A stretch of DNA of 64,000 nt from Candidatus Woesearchaeota archaeon (GCA_964412025.1 CAYPLY010000003.1:47659-111658); one strand, 5' to 3'; positions 10,530-20,768 are shown, counted from the first letter of the stretch. A program made the numbers and translations. Notes: generated by a model from the sequence alone, not told the origin.

Positions 10530-10775
10530 ATGAAAAATAAAAAAAAGTCAAAGAAATCGAAAGATGAAGGGTATGAACTTATAAAGAAGTGGGTAGCATT
10601 TGGGAATAATAAAAAGGTATTTTGGAGAATAACCCTATCAACAGTATTCCTAACCTTAATAGGAATACCTGCTATGATAAAACACGAGAATTTCCTAAAG
10701 TACTTCCTGTTAATATGGATTCTTGAGATAATATATATCTGGATGTATGTATATAATAAAAGAAAAAACAGGTAA
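10530..10775 (+). CDS. Small membrane protein
   Basis: 81 aa with two hydrophobic helices. Confidence 0.3.
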   Translation: MKNKKKSKKSKDEGYELIKKWVAFGNNKKVFWRITLSTVFLTLIGIPAMIKHENFLKYFLLIWILEIIYIWMYVYNKRKNR

Positions 10776-10857
10776 TTTCTTCTTTTCCCTAATATGTTTA
10801 CACTTAAAAGTAGTTAATACAGAAAGATTTAAAAGTCTATAAAGTAACTATTTATTA

Positions 10858-12147
10858 ATGACAAAAAATAAGAAGTTTAGAATAATAAGGATAATCTGGG
10901 CAATGTTATTTGTATTATTCCTAATACTAGTTATACTTCTAAAGATAGTAGCATTCAATGGTTTAAGCATAATACATGTATACACTATAGGAATAACAGT
11001 CTTTATGCTTAGTAGGGTTCTTGGCTCATTTTTCTATAGAAATTATAAATCAAGATTTAATAACAATGAAAAAAAAGAAATCAAAGGATATTTTCCTTCA
11101 GTAAGTTTTGTTATCCCTTGTAAAAATGAAGAAAAGGCAATATACAAAACAATAGCATCCTGTGTTAATTCAAAATACCCAAAAAATAAAATAGAAATAA
11201 TAGCCATAAATGATGGATCAACAGACAATACTCTAAAAGAAATGCAAAGAGCAAAAAGAGATTTCCCTGAAGTAAAGATAAAGATTGCAGACTTCAAAGT
11301 TAACAAAGGTAAAAGAGAGGGTATGAATTATGGGTTTAGAAATTCAACCGGAGAAATATTAATACAAGTTGATAGTGATAGTCAACCCTCTCCAGATGCA
11401 TTAAAAGAAATAGTAATACCTTTCTTGGATAAAAATGTGGGAGCAACAGTGGGACATACAGACCCAGAAAATAAAGATGAAAACTTAATGACTAAACTTC
11501 AAACTGCATATTACTTCATGTCTTTCAGAACCCTCAAAGCTACTGAAAGTATTTTTGATATGGTATTTTGCTGCTCTGGTTGTTTTTCTGCATATAGGAA
11601 AGAGTATGTAATGCCTATATTAGATGAATGGCTAAATGAAAAATTCCTTGGAAAGAGCATAATCTTTGGAGATGATAGAGCACTTACAAACTGGATAATA
11701 AAACAAGGACATAAAACGGTCTATGTTGCTGAAGCAAAAGCGGTTACAGTTGTCCCAAACACCCTTAAACAATTTCTCAAACAGCAAACTAGGTGGAAAA
11801 AAGGTTGGTTAATAAATTCAATGAAAATAGCACCTGAAGTAATTAAAAAAGATAAGTTCGTAGCATTTACCTATTTTATACCCTTAATATTTTTAACAAT
11901 ACTAACTCCTATAATAGCATTCAAAGCACTTGTAATAAATCCATTATTTCTTGGGATATCTCCGTTATTTTATATCATAGGGATAATGCTTGTTTCAACA
12001 ATGCTATACATGCAGTACAATATATATTCAAGAGAAAGATATGGGAAATACATGCTATTGTGGTCTTTGTTAAACATGACAATACTCTCTTATATACTAA
12101 TTTATGCGATTTATGATCTACGAAATATGAGGTGGGGAACAAGATGA
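10858..12147 (+). CDS. Family 2 glycosyltransferase, processive beta-glycan synthase type (NodC/PgaC/chitin-synthase-like)
   Basis: N-terminal transmembrane segment, GT-A core with D..DxD-like acidic residues, and the QxxRW motif (QQTRWKKGW) followed by C-terminal transmembrane helices. Confidence 0.8.
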   Translation: MTKNKKFRIIRIIWAMLFVLFLILVILLKIVAFNGLSIIHVYTIGITVFMLSRVLGSFFYRNYKSRFNNNEKKEIKGYFPSVSFVIPCKNEEKAIYKTIASCVNSKYPKNKIEIIAINDGSTDNTLKEMQRAKRDFPEVKIKIADFKVNKGKREGMNYGFRNSTGEILIQVDSDSQPSPDALKEIVIPFLDKNVGATVGHTDPENKDENLMTKLQTAYYFMSFRTLKATESIFDMVFCCSGCFSAYRKEYVMPILDEWLNEKFLGKSIIFGDDRALTNWIIKQGHKTVYVAEAKAVTVVPNTLKQFLKQQTRWKKGWLINSMKIAPEVIKKDKFVAFTYFIPLIFLTILTPIIAFKALVINPLFLGISPLFYIIGIMLVSTMLYMQYNIYSRERYGKYMLLWSLLNMTILSYILIYAIYDLRNMRWGTR

Positions 12148-13025
12148 ACAGACTAATAAAAGTAAAAATATATTTTAGCATGCTTATGTTGTTCTTAGTG
12201 ATTACGCTAGTAGGAGGGCAATATTATTACAGCCAGTACGGTTTTTCAACAAATGGAATTGTTTATGAACTAATGAAAAGCCCAGATTCAAACATATACG
12301 AAAACTATTCCCTCTCAATACCTCAAAATGAAATAATTCTAAGATTAGATGATGCAGGGGCATGGCATTATGATGATTTGGTTCCAAAAATAGCAGAAGA
12401 TGTTACATCAAGAAATTTATCTTTAGTAATAGGAGTTATACCTGAGAAGATATCACAAGATGGAATATTCTTAACCTACATGAGAGAACTATTAAAGAAC
12501 CCAAATATTGAAGTGGCGATGCATGGATATTCCCATGATGAAGAAGAATTTAAAGATGCAACACTAGAAGAAGCTAGAGAATGGATAAGTCAAGGAAAGG
12601 AAGAAATTATAAAACAGCTAAAAGTTGTACCCATAACATTTATACCTCCATACAATGTTTATTCAAAAGATACCTTAACCGCATTAAAAGAATATGATTT
12701 CAAGGTTATTGCAGAAGACCAGGGAGAATATGTATTAACAAAAGATATGCTCATATTAGGATATACTGCAAAAACATTTGATTTTGGTACAAATGAGAAT
12801 ATTCCTGTTGAATTAATAATAAATAACTGTAAGGATAGTCTTGAAGAAAGAGGATATTGCCAAATAATGATTCATCCTCAGGATTTTTTGACAGACCCTG
12901 AACTAGATGGACCAAGAGAACTAGACTTAATTAAATACGCAGAATTTCTTAGACTTTTGGATGAATTAAACAAGCTTAATGCAGATTCAACCACATTTAA
13001 GGATAATCTGGTGATTAATCAATAA
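12132..13025 (+). CDS. Polysaccharide deacetylase (NodB-homology, CE4-like)
   Basis: Signal or transmembrane segment, LRLDDAG and MHGYSHDE motifs typical of CE4 deacetylases. Overlaps the GT2 gene by 16 nt. Confidence 0.7.
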   Translation: MGNKMNRLIKVKIYFSMLMLFLVITLVGGQYYYSQYGFSTNGIVYELMKSPDSNIYENYSLSIPQNEIILRLDDAGAWHYDDLVPKIAEDVTSRNLSLVIGVIPEKISQDGIFLTYMRELLKNPNIEVAMHGYSHDEEEFKDATLEEAREWISQGKEEIIKQLKVVPITFIPPYNVYSKDTLTALKEYDFKVIAEDQGEYVLTKDMLILGYTAKTFDFGTNENIPVELIINNCKDSLEERGYCQIMIHPQDFLTDPELDGPRELDLIKYAEFLRLLDELNKLNADSTTFKDNLVINQ

Positions 13026-13093
13026 TACTTAAATCAAAGAATAACTTCAATCATATTTGAACCTTTCAAATTATTTATAAATAAGTTATTATT

Positions 13094-13729
13094 ATGTTTT
13101 TCATGGATGAAAATCACTTTATGTTGGTATCTTTAGAAGATTCGAAATCTAAAGCAATATCAGAGGTTTTAGGAAGCAAAACCTGCAAAAAAGTTATAGG
13201 ATATTTATCAGAAAGAAAAGAAGCAAGTCAAAAGGATTTATCTGAGGCTCTTAATATACCTATGAATACTCTAGATTATAATATAAAGAAACTTGTTGAA
13301 TCTGGATTTATTCAAAAGAGAAACAATTTCTTTTGGAGCAAAAAAGGAAAGAAAATAATCATGTATGAATTATCAAACAAATCAATTATAATTTCTCCCA
13401 AAAAAACATCCTCTGAAAAATTTAAATCAATACTCCCTGGATTGATACTAACTGCAGCAGGAACTTTTGCGGTATGGGTTTATGAAAAAATAAGATATGC
13501 TGGAAACCATGTTACAGAAAATGTCGTTACATCTCCCGCAAGAGATTATGCAGAGGAATACTCACAAGAAATATTATTAAAAGGAGCAGAAGTTGCAACC
13601 AACGCAGGAACTTCATCAGACTACTCATCTTTAACTGCTTCTGCTCCAATATCTTTATGGCCCTGGTTCCTTGCAGGAGCACTAGTAATAATATTTGCAT
13701 TCACAATCATAAATTGGAAAAAACTTTAA
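13094..13729 (+). CDS. Winged-helix transcriptional regulator (ArsR-like) with C-terminal transmembrane helix
   Basis: The HTH-like segment SQKDLSEALNIPMNTLDYNIKKLVESGFI is followed by a C-terminal hydrophobic helix. Confidence 0.45.
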   Translation: MFFMDENHFMLVSLEDSKSKAISEVLGSKTCKKVIGYLSERKEASQKDLSEALNIPMNTLDYNIKKLVESGFIQKRNNFFWSKKGKKIIMYELSNKSIIISPKKTSSEKFKSILPGLILTAAGTFAVWVYEKIRYAGNHVTENVVTSPARDYAEEYSQEILLKGAEVATNAGTSSDYSSLTASAPISLWPWFLAGALVIIFAFTIINWKKL

Positions 13730-13772
13730 GGCAAATGATAACACAAATGAAAGGAGGTAAAAATAAAAACAA

Positions 13773-14534
13773 ATGGGAAAAAATAATGCGATTGCAATAA
13801 CTTCGATTATATCAGGAGTAGTATTAATAATTGCAATACTTGCTTTAGTTGTATTTAACCCCGTTCAATCTTCTGGAAAAACCGTAACACAAACAGGAAC
13901 TTCAACTATCAAAGTAATGCCTGACTTAGTTACAGTCTATTTCAATATTGAAACAAAAGGGAATACGAGCTCCGAAGCCACAAAAGCAAACAATGAAATC
14001 TATGAAGATTTGATTGAAGAGATAATCATGGCAGGATTTGATGAAGAAGATATTAAAACACAAAGCTTCAATGTTTATCCTTACACGTATTGGGATGAAA
14101 CCGCTAGAAAAAGCAAAAATGATGGATATATAGCAAACCATTTCCTATGGGTTGAACTATCCTCTGAAGAAATGGATGAAGTATCATCTGTAATAGACGC
14201 AGGTGTTAAAGCAGGAGCGGGAATAAGTTATATAAATTTTGAGTTAACAGAAGAATCTCAAAAAGAGTATAAGACGCAGGCTCTTAAGCAAGCTTCAGAA
14301 GATGCAAAGATAAAATCGGAAGCTATAGCATCTGGTTTTGGAAAGGAATTGGGAGAACTTGTATCTGTACAAACAGGTGACTTTGGATATTACCCTTGGA
14401 ATGTTTATACTGCAAGCAGCGGGATGGCATATAGAGAAGAAGATGTTGCCATAGCAAAACAAGCAGCAATAGATATACAACCGGGCGAACAAGAAGTAAG
14501 TGCATCAATAACTGCAACTTTCAAGCTAAGATAA
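13773..14534 (+). CDS. SIMPL/DUF541 (BP26-like) domain protein
   Basis: N-terminal transmembrane segment. Architecture and composition resemble the SIMPL domain (TVTQTGTSTIKVMPDLVTVYFNIET...). Confidence 0.5.
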   Translation: MGKNNAIAITSIISGVVLIIAILALVVFNPVQSSGKTVTQTGTSTIKVMPDLVTVYFNIETKGNTSSEATKANNEIYEDLIEEIIMAGFDEEDIKTQSFNVYPYTYWDETARKSKNDGYIANHFLWVELSSEEMDEVSSVIDAGVKAGAGISYINFELTEESQKEYKTQALKQASEDAKIKSEAIASGFGKELGELVSVQTGDFGYYPWNVYTASSGMAYREEDVAIAKQAAIDIQPGEQEVSASITATFKLR

Positions 14535-14565
14535 ATACTTTTTTTATTTTTTATTTTATTTTTCT

Positions 14566-14690
14566 TTGCCATCGTAGGATTTTCTAAATCCCCGTATTTT
14601 AGCTTTTTTATCTTCTAGAATTGTAGCTTTTCTTTTACATTGTAGCTTTTCTTTTTGTTTTTTGCCATCGTAGGATTTTCTAAATCCCCG
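14566..14690. repeat. Two identical 30-bp hairpin-forming direct repeats in a convergent intergenic region
   Basis: tttgccatcgtaggattttctaaatccccgt at 14566-14595 and 14661-14690. Each contains the inverted repeat GGATTT-tcta-AAATCC. Flanked by attgtagctttt repeats. Confidence 0.6.
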
Positions 14691-14732
14691 TTTTCTACAA
14701 TTGTAGTTTCTTTTTTTCTAAAAGAGAAACCC

Positions 14733-14749
14733 AGTGGACATAACGTCCA
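14733..14749 (-). terminator. Hairpin downstream of 14783..15220
   Basis: tggacataacgtcca inverted repeat, followed on the minus strand by a T-rich stretch. Confidence 0.35.
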
Positions 14750-14782
14750 TTTTCAAATTAAGAAAAATAAGAATAAATATTC

Positions 14783-15220
14783 TTAATCCGAATCAAAAGT
14801 ACAACCAGATCCTTTCATCTGAGAACGTCTACCTTTCTCAAGACCCATTGTATTCTTTCCCATTTGTTCTCTAAGTTTCTGAGCTTCTTCATAATCTCCA
14901 GATTGCATTGCTTCTTGAACTTGTTCTCTTAATTGTTGATATTCACCTTGGTTATACTCCATATTCTGGTGTCTTTCAACAAGAGAGTTGAAGTTCTCTT
15001 CAGTCAATTGAGATTGCATAAGATTCTTCCAAGTTGTAAAATCTTTAGCTTCAATTGCTTTCTGCAATTCATCATGGAAAGCCTGAGCTTCTAATTGTTC
15101 TTCCTCAGTTAAGTCCTGATTCATCCCCTTTCCAAAACCAAATGGAAAAGCAGCAACAAGACTAACTCCTAAAAGAGCTATTATTGAAAAAGCCAAAACT
15201 CCAGCAGTTATTTTTTTCAT
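14783..15220 (-). CDS. Secreted helical Gln/Glu-rich protein (periplasmic chaperone-like)
   Basis: Signal peptide present. Helical Q/E-rich repeats. No enzymatic motif. Confidence 0.4.
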   Translation of the reverse strand: MKKITAGVLAFSIIALLGVSLVAAFPFGFGKGMNQDLTEEEQLEAQAFHDELQKAIEAKDFTTWKNLMQSQLTEENFNSLVERHQNMEYNQGEYQQLREQVQEAMQSGDYEEAQKLREQMGKNTMGLEKGRRSQMKGSGCTFDSD

Positions 15221-15358
15221 GTTTAAATTCCTCCTTACAAGATATTATACTTTTCAAGAGAAATCCTTTTAAAAGCAAGATGGACAATAAATCCACTCCT
15301 CTTAAAAATCTTTAAATAATCAATTCAACATATATAATAAACAGGATATATCAATAAA

Positions 15359-16048
15359 ATGGCAGGACCTCCGATGCATAACTTAATCCAAGGAATTGGA
15401 ACTGAACTAATCTACTCATTTGTAATAATTATATCAAGTCTTATGATATATTACTCAACCAAAGAGATGTACGAATTAAGCTCATATAAAGGAATAAAAT
15501 ATTTCAGACAGGCTTTTTTGTTGTTTGCAATCGCATACTTCTTTAAATCATTCATAAAAATACTACTTGTTTACTTTGGAACCACAAGAATAATGGATAT
15601 AAATATAAGATATATTGGTTCAATAACCCTATTTGTCTTTATGTTCTTTGGTTCTCTGGCAGTATTTTATCTTGTACACAGCTTAATGTGCAAAAAATGG
15701 AATGGGAAATCAAATATAGTTTTAGGGATATTTTACATAATCTCGATAGTGATTTCATTTATCATAATCAATACAAGAGAAATATCAATATTTATCGGAG
15801 CAAGTTTGTTTATCCTTGCAATAGCAATATTTGGATTATATCTAACGCATAAACAATCAAAAGAAAAGAAGAAAAAGAGAAATATGCATATAATTTACAC
15901 TCTGTTGTTTATATTCTGGATATTAAACATAATTGATGTACTTATACAAATATCGTCTTACTTTTATCAAATATCTCTTTATCTTGCATCAATAGGAATA
16001 TTCCTAGTTATACTCTACAAAGTTCTTAAAAAAACAGGATCAAATTAA
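15359..16048 (+). CDS. Polytopic membrane protein
   Basis: 229 aa with at least six hydrophobic helices. Confidence 0.45.
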   Translation: MAGPPMHNLIQGIGTELIYSFVIIISSLMIYYSTKEMYELSSYKGIKYFRQAFLLFAIAYFFKSFIKILLVYFGTTRIMDINIRYIGSITLFVFMFFGSLAVFYLVHSLMCKKWNGKSNIVLGIFYIISIVISFIIINTREISIFIGASLFILAIAIFGLYLTHKQSKEKKKKRNMHIIYTLLFIFWILNIIDVLIQISSYFYQISLYLASIGIFLVILYKVLKKTGSN

Positions 16049-16049
16049 A

Positions 16050-16322
16050 ATGAAAAAACGCGGAAGACTAGAGATAATAAGAGATATTCTTAAAACTATT
16101 CAAGATAATAAAAACTCAATAAGACAAACTCCTCTTATAAGAAAATCAAATATCTCGACTTCAAAATTTAAAGAATACTTTAATGAATTAATAGAAAAAG
16201 GATTTGTAAAGGAGATAAGAGGAAACTCTGGGGAGAAAAAAGTTACATTAACTCCGAAGGGATTTAATTTTATAGAAAAATACAAAGCGATAGTTAATTT
16301 TATTGAAGAATTTGAACTTTAA
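16050..16322 (+). CDS. Small winged-helix DNA-binding protein
   Basis: 90 aa. Fits the archaeal wHTH pattern (EIIRDILKTI...FNELIEKGFVKEIRG). Starts 2 nt after the stop of the membrane-protein gene. Confidence 0.45.
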   Translation: MKKRGRLEIIRDILKTIQDNKNSIRQTPLIRKSNISTSKFKEYFNELIEKGFVKEIRGNSGEKKVTLTPKGFNFIEKYKAIVNFIEEFEL

Positions 16323-16331
16323 TTAAACACG

Positions 16332-16937
16332 CTATCTTTTTTTAGCTTTTTTATTTTTTTGTTTGGTTTTGCCCTTTATTGCCCGCTCAATATTATCAAA
16401 AACCTTTTTAGTTTCGTCCTTAAACCCATTTAATAAAGAATCCTCCTCCTTAATTTTCTTTTTAACCCCATCCTTCTTAATCTTTCTTTCAACTTTTTCT
16501 CTGGGTTCTCTCTCCCTCCTGTTATTTTCTTCAACAAGAACAATCAGATAACCAACTACTACTGTTATAAAAAATACATAAACATACAAATTATAGGACA
16601 ATATTCTCTCCAGAGTACTAAAGTAAAAAAACGTCTGAGAAAATTCTAAAATTCTATAAAACAGATTCAATATAAACACCCCGAGTGCCCCTGCAGAAAC
16701 AGGTGCAAGAATATTCAATGGAAAGGGAAAATTCCAAAGAAGAGCATTTACCATCCCAACTAAAAAGAGAACAAAAAACAACCACAAAAGAGAAGTAAGA
16801 AAATCAACTATTCTAATATAAGCGTTATTATGTATTGAAGAAAGAAGAACGTTTAAAATAATCAAAACCACTATCAAAATCACAAAATTTATCATTGAAC
16901 GCAAAACTATTCTCATTGAAGAATTTTTTCCTGTCAT
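16332..16937 (-). CDS. Membrane protein with polybasic C-terminal tail
   Basis: Four or more transmembrane helices followed by a K/E/R-rich tail. Confidence 0.4.
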   Translation of the reverse strand: MTGKNSSMRIVLRSMINFVILIVVLIILNVLLSSIHNNAYIRIVDFLTSLLWLFFVLFLVGMVNALLWNFPFPLNILAPVSAGALGVFILNLFYRILEFSQTFFYFSTLERILSYNLYVYVFFITVVVGYLIVLVEENNRREREPREKVERKIKKDGVKKKIKEEDSLLNGFKDETKKVFDNIERAIKGKTKQKNKKAKKR

Positions 16938-16986
16938 TTTTGTTTAATTGTGATTATCTCTCCTTTCTACCATCGTAAGTTCTTTT

Positions 16987-18165
16987 CTAAAGAACCCCGT
17001 TTCTCTGAACAATAACATTCTTTTTTGTTCTCTTTTCCAATGTTAATAGTTTCTCTCTCCCAGTAATCATATCCTTAACTTTGAACTTCTTTTTTTTGAC
17101 TTCTTCTGCCCCTACAAATATAACCTGACTTATATTCCAGGAATTAGCATATTCTAATGCCTTGGAAGGTTTCCCATAAAATACAGAAACCCTATCTCCT
17201 CTCTCTCTAAGCATACTTGCAATCTTTATCGCCTGCTTATCTTCATTAAGAGAAACAACAAGGACACTATTTTTATTTAAATCAAATTTGGCAAGAATGG
17301 AAAGTCTATCCAAACCTAAACTTATCCCGGTACACTGAACCCCATTAAATTCATAACTACCTCCTCCACAAATGGTTTCTTTCATCTTATCTGTCTTTAT
17401 CTCAAAAACTGTTCCGTTGTAATAGCTAAGACCTCTGGCAAGCGAGGGAGAAAAAACAGCATCTAAACCATATAACCCAAGATATTCCTTAAATTCTTTA
17501 ACATCTTTATAAGAAACATATTTGGAAAAATAATTATCGGGTTTCTTGAAAATATCCAAGATTTTTCCGGCATTATACTTCTTAAGATTCTCTCTAACCT
17601 CTTTTTCGGTTAATTTATCCAGTTTATCAATCTCTTTTATAACCTCAATCTTATTTTTAGGATTAATCCCTTCTTGATTTAATATCTCATTTAACAATTG
17701 TCTATTGTTAAAATAAATCACAGATTTAATACCAATTTTATCAAGTATGTTTTTTGCAATTGAAAGTATCTCGACTTCATCTCTTATCTTGCTTCCAACT
17801 ACATCAATATCGCACTGAACAAACTGTCTAAACCTATTTGCAGTAACCGGCTCATCCCTGAAGACCTCTCCAATCTGATATCTCTTATAGGGTAATTTCT
17901 TGCCCTGCATTAATCTTTTTAATTGAAAAGTGAATTCATATCTCAAAGCCAAATCTCTTTCCCCCTTGTCCTTCAACTTAAATATATCACTCACAGCTTC
18001 ATCCTGTTTATTCTCCCCTTGAACAAAATCTCTATATTCAACTAGAGGGGTCTCTGTAGGCTCAAAACCATATTTTTCAAAGGTATCCACTAATATTTTC
18101 CTTATCTCGGCTCTCTTACGAGCTTCTTCTCCTGTATAATCTCTAAATCCTTTCACTGTTTCCAT
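16987..18165 (-). CDS. hisS: Histidyl-tRNA synthetase (class II)
   Basis: Motifs KGFRDY, LRYEFT and FRDEPVTANRFRQFVQCDIDVVG match HisRS motifs 1 and 2. Anticodon-binding-like C-terminus. Confidence 0.85.
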   Translation of the reverse strand: METVKGFRDYTGEEARKRAEIRKILVDTFEKYGFEPTETPLVEYRDFVQGENKQDEAVSDIFKLKDKGERDLALRYEFTFQLKRLMQGKKLPYKRYQIGEVFRDEPVTANRFRQFVQCDIDVVGSKIRDEVEILSIAKNILDKIGIKSVIYFNNRQLLNEILNQEGINPKNKIEVIKEIDKLDKLTEKEVRENLKKYNAGKILDIFKKPDNYFSKYVSYKDVKEFKEYLGLYGLDAVFSPSLARGLSYYNGTVFEIKTDKMKETICGGGSYEFNGVQCTGISLGLDRLSILAKFDLNKNSVLVVSLNEDKQAIKIASMLRERGDRVSVFYGKPSKALEYANSWNISQVIFVGAEEVKKKKFKVKDMITGREKLLTLEKRTKKNVIVQRNGVL

Positions 18166-18176
18166 TTTTTCTTATC

Positions 18177-18650
18177 CTACTTTCTCCTATTTAGGTGATC
18201 TTCTTTGGCTTTCTTCTTATTGATTTCAAGTTTTCTTCTGAAAGATTCTTTCTCAATCTTAATTAAAAGTTTTCTGACTTTTCCCATTATCCTAATAATC
18301 TTTCTTTCTATTAAATCTTTTCCATCCCCATATTCTAAGTCTCTTATTCTCCAAACAATAATTCTTCCTTTAAATGTAGTATAAAAGACTTCTTTAGGAA
18401 CATTATCTGCAACAATAACAACCAAATCTATTTTTTTTAACAGCTCTATCTCCATTCCTTTTGGCCTTCCAGAGATATCGATACCTAATTTTCTCGCGGA
18501 ACTTACTTCAGTTCTGTTAAGAGGATAGTCTCCTCTTATAATCCCCCTGCTAAAAACATTAAAATCCTTATTCTTATTAATTTTTTTAAAATATGCTTCA
18601 GCCACCCTGCTTCTGAACCTATTGTATTTGCACACAAAAAGTATATTCAT
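18177..18650 (-). CDS. Low-molecular-weight protein tyrosine phosphatase / arsenate-reductase fold protein
   Basis: N-terminal CX5R P-loop (VCKYNRFRS), followed by a K/R-rich tail. Confidence 0.7.
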   Translation of the reverse strand: MNILFVCKYNRFRSRVAEAYFKKINKNKDFNVFSRGIIRGDYPLNRTEVSSARKLGIDISGRPKGMEIELLKKIDLVVIVADNVPKEVFYTTFKGRIIVWRIRDLEYGDGKDLIERKIIRIMGKVRKLLIKIEKESFRRKLEINKKKAKEDHLNRRK

Positions 18651-18810
18651 TTTATCACCTTTTTACAAAACAACCAGGAAAAATCAATATAAAAACCTTA
18701 CATTTGTATTAAATAATTATTAATAACCCATCTCTGATAAAACCCTGTTTAACTGATGACCTCCTTACTGTTAATCACCTCAAACGAATTAGATGTATTG
18801 ATAACAAAAA

Positions 18811-19797
18811 TTATAATAATCCCTCTTCTATCAAATCGTCCCAGGACTTCTCACCCAAAACAACCAATGCTTCTTTGAAAGTTATTATCGGTTTTCTGTA
18901 TTTCGCAAAGTCATCAATTGCAATCCTTGGACAAGCTAATTCAACAAATCCATCAATATCATAAAAGTTGATTAATTTGTCCGGAGAAAATTCGCTTATT
19001 GTTATCAAGACAACTTCTTTACCTGCTTTCTTGAATTTATCTATTAATAATTTATAAGACCCAAACTGTTGCCCTTGCTTAACACCAATAATTATTCCTA
19101 TCGTTTTAGCCTCTTTAAATTTTTCAACGGATAAAATTCTCTGCCTTAATATCTTGTCTTTAACCCCTTTCATACTTTTTACCTCATTATTGTAAACATC
19201 GATTAAAAAAACAGGTTTGTCAACTGCAAGAGATGCACCCATGGAATGAAAATTATTTCCAACAACAACAAAACAATCAACTTTATTTTCTATATCTTTA
19301 AGCCCAAGATATTGGCATCCAACAATTTGTCCCTCATTAAAAATATTCCCCTTTTTAGTTGAGAGTATTACCTGCTTTTTGTTATCCTTATAAAATTTTA
19401 CAACCCCTTCCGATTCATGCAAATGTTGAACAGATAAACTCAATCCTATTCTTTTAAAATCTTTTAATTCTTTCAAAGATTTCTTTAATAAAGGAGTTAA
19501 ATCCAATTCATCCTTAATTGGGATATAAATAACAGGAAAATTAACTTTCATAAATTCAGAATGACCAAAATGAACAATCAAATCTGCCTCAACTGATTTA
19601 GCTTCATCAACTGCAACAAAACACCCTCCCCAGCAAGTTTCTCCTGAAAAAATAACGTCTATTTTCAAATTTTGAAAGATCTTTAATAAATCAAAGGCAT
19701 TTTGCTTAACCCCTTCTGGCAATTGAACCAGAACCCTCTTAGGTTTAAGTCTCTTCAATTCTCTTCTCAATTTTTCAATTTCAAAATTTAATGCCAT
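18811..19797 (-). CDS. dph2: 2-(3-amino-3-carboxypropyl)histidine synthase (Dph2), diphthamide biosynthesis
   Basis: Matches archaeal Dph2 signatures along the full length: KRVLVQLPEG, HFGHS, IVGCQY, ELACPRIAIDDF, KPIITFKE. Confidence 0.85.
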   Translation of the reverse strand: MALNFEIEKLRRELKRLKPKRVLVQLPEGVKQNAFDLLKIFQNLKIDVIFSGETCWGGCFVAVDEAKSVEADLIVHFGHSEFMKVNFPVIYIPIKDELDLTPLLKKSLKELKDFKRIGLSLSVQHLHESEGVVKFYKDNKKQVILSTKKGNIFNEGQIVGCQYLGLKDIENKVDCFVVVGNNFHSMGASLAVDKPVFLIDVYNNEVKSMKGVKDKILRQRILSVEKFKEAKTIGIIIGVKQGQQFGSYKLLIDKFKKAGKEVVLITISEFSPDKLINFYDIDGFVELACPRIAIDDFAKYRKPIITFKEALVVLGEKSWDDLIEEGLL

Positions 19798-19804
19798 ATA
19801 AAGA

Positions 19805-20716
19805 TTACTGTTTACCTAACCAATCGTAAGCAGACTTTGCTGCAATTGCTCCTTGGGAAGCAGCAACAACAACTTGCTTTAATTTAGTATCTGTAACATC
19901 CCCTGCAGCATAAATCCCGGGTATATTTGTATTCATATCCTCATCCACCTTAATGTATTTTTCTGCATCCATTTTTAAATCAAGTTTATTAGAAAATTCT
20001 GCAAGAGGAGCAGAACCTATCTCAATAAACACTCCATCTACATTTAAATTATCTTTTTTCCCCTTTGAGAAGATACTTAATATTTCAACCCTATCCTCAC
20101 CAATTATCTCTAAGGGGATAGAATTATAATGAATCTCAACATTCTTTTTTTCCTTAAGTCTCTCTTCATTTATATTTTCACATCTAAGTTTCTCACCCCT
20201 GTAAACCAGATATACTTTTTTTGCAATATCTGAAAGAGTAATTGCAGAAGTTGCTGCACAATCGCTCTCCCCAATAACTGCTACATTTTTATTTTTAAAA
20301 AAGAAAGAATCACAAGTAGCACAATAACTAACTCCTTTACCAAGTAATTCAACTTCTCCAGGTATTTTTAATTTCTTTCTTTCGGTACCTGTTGCAATTA
20401 TTAAAGCTCTACATTTCATTTCTTGCTTAGTAGTTTTAACAGAAAACTCCTTTCCCGACTTTAACCTTTCAACTGATGAAACTCCCTCAAGTATAAAATC
20501 CACTTCATATTCCTTAACTTGCTCATAAAACTTTTTCATAAGTTCAGGTCCAGAGCCACTAAATCCGGGCCAATTTTCAATCCTTAAAATAGAATTTCCC
20601 GTACCCCCAATATCTTTTGATATGATTCCCACCTTCAATCCATTCCTTGCAGAGTACAATCCTGCAGTCAAACCCGCAGGACCTGCCCCAATTATTAATA
20701 TATCATATTTCTTCAT
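19805..20716 (-). CDS. trxB: Thioredoxin reductase
   Basis: FAD motif IIGAGPAGLTAG, redox-active CATC (SYCATCDS), and a second Rossmann motif VIGESDCAAT. Confidence 0.9.
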   Translation of the reverse strand: MKKYDILIIGAGPAGLTAGLYSARNGLKVGIISKDIGGTGNSILRIENWPGFSGSGPELMKKFYEQVKEYEVDFILEGVSSVERLKSGKEFSVKTTKQEMKCRALIIATGTERKKLKIPGEVELLGKGVSYCATCDSFFFKNKNVAVIGESDCAATSAITLSDIAKKVYLVYRGEKLRCENINEERLKEKKNVEIHYNSIPLEIIGEDRVEILSIFSKGKKDNLNVDGVFIEIGSAPLAEFSNKLDLKMDAEKYIKVDEDMNTNIPGIYAAGDVTDTKLKQVVVAASQGAIAAKSAYDWLGKQ

Positions 20717-20768
20717 CTTTTAACCCTAAAACATTCTAATAGAAACCTATTTTTAATACTTTTTATCA

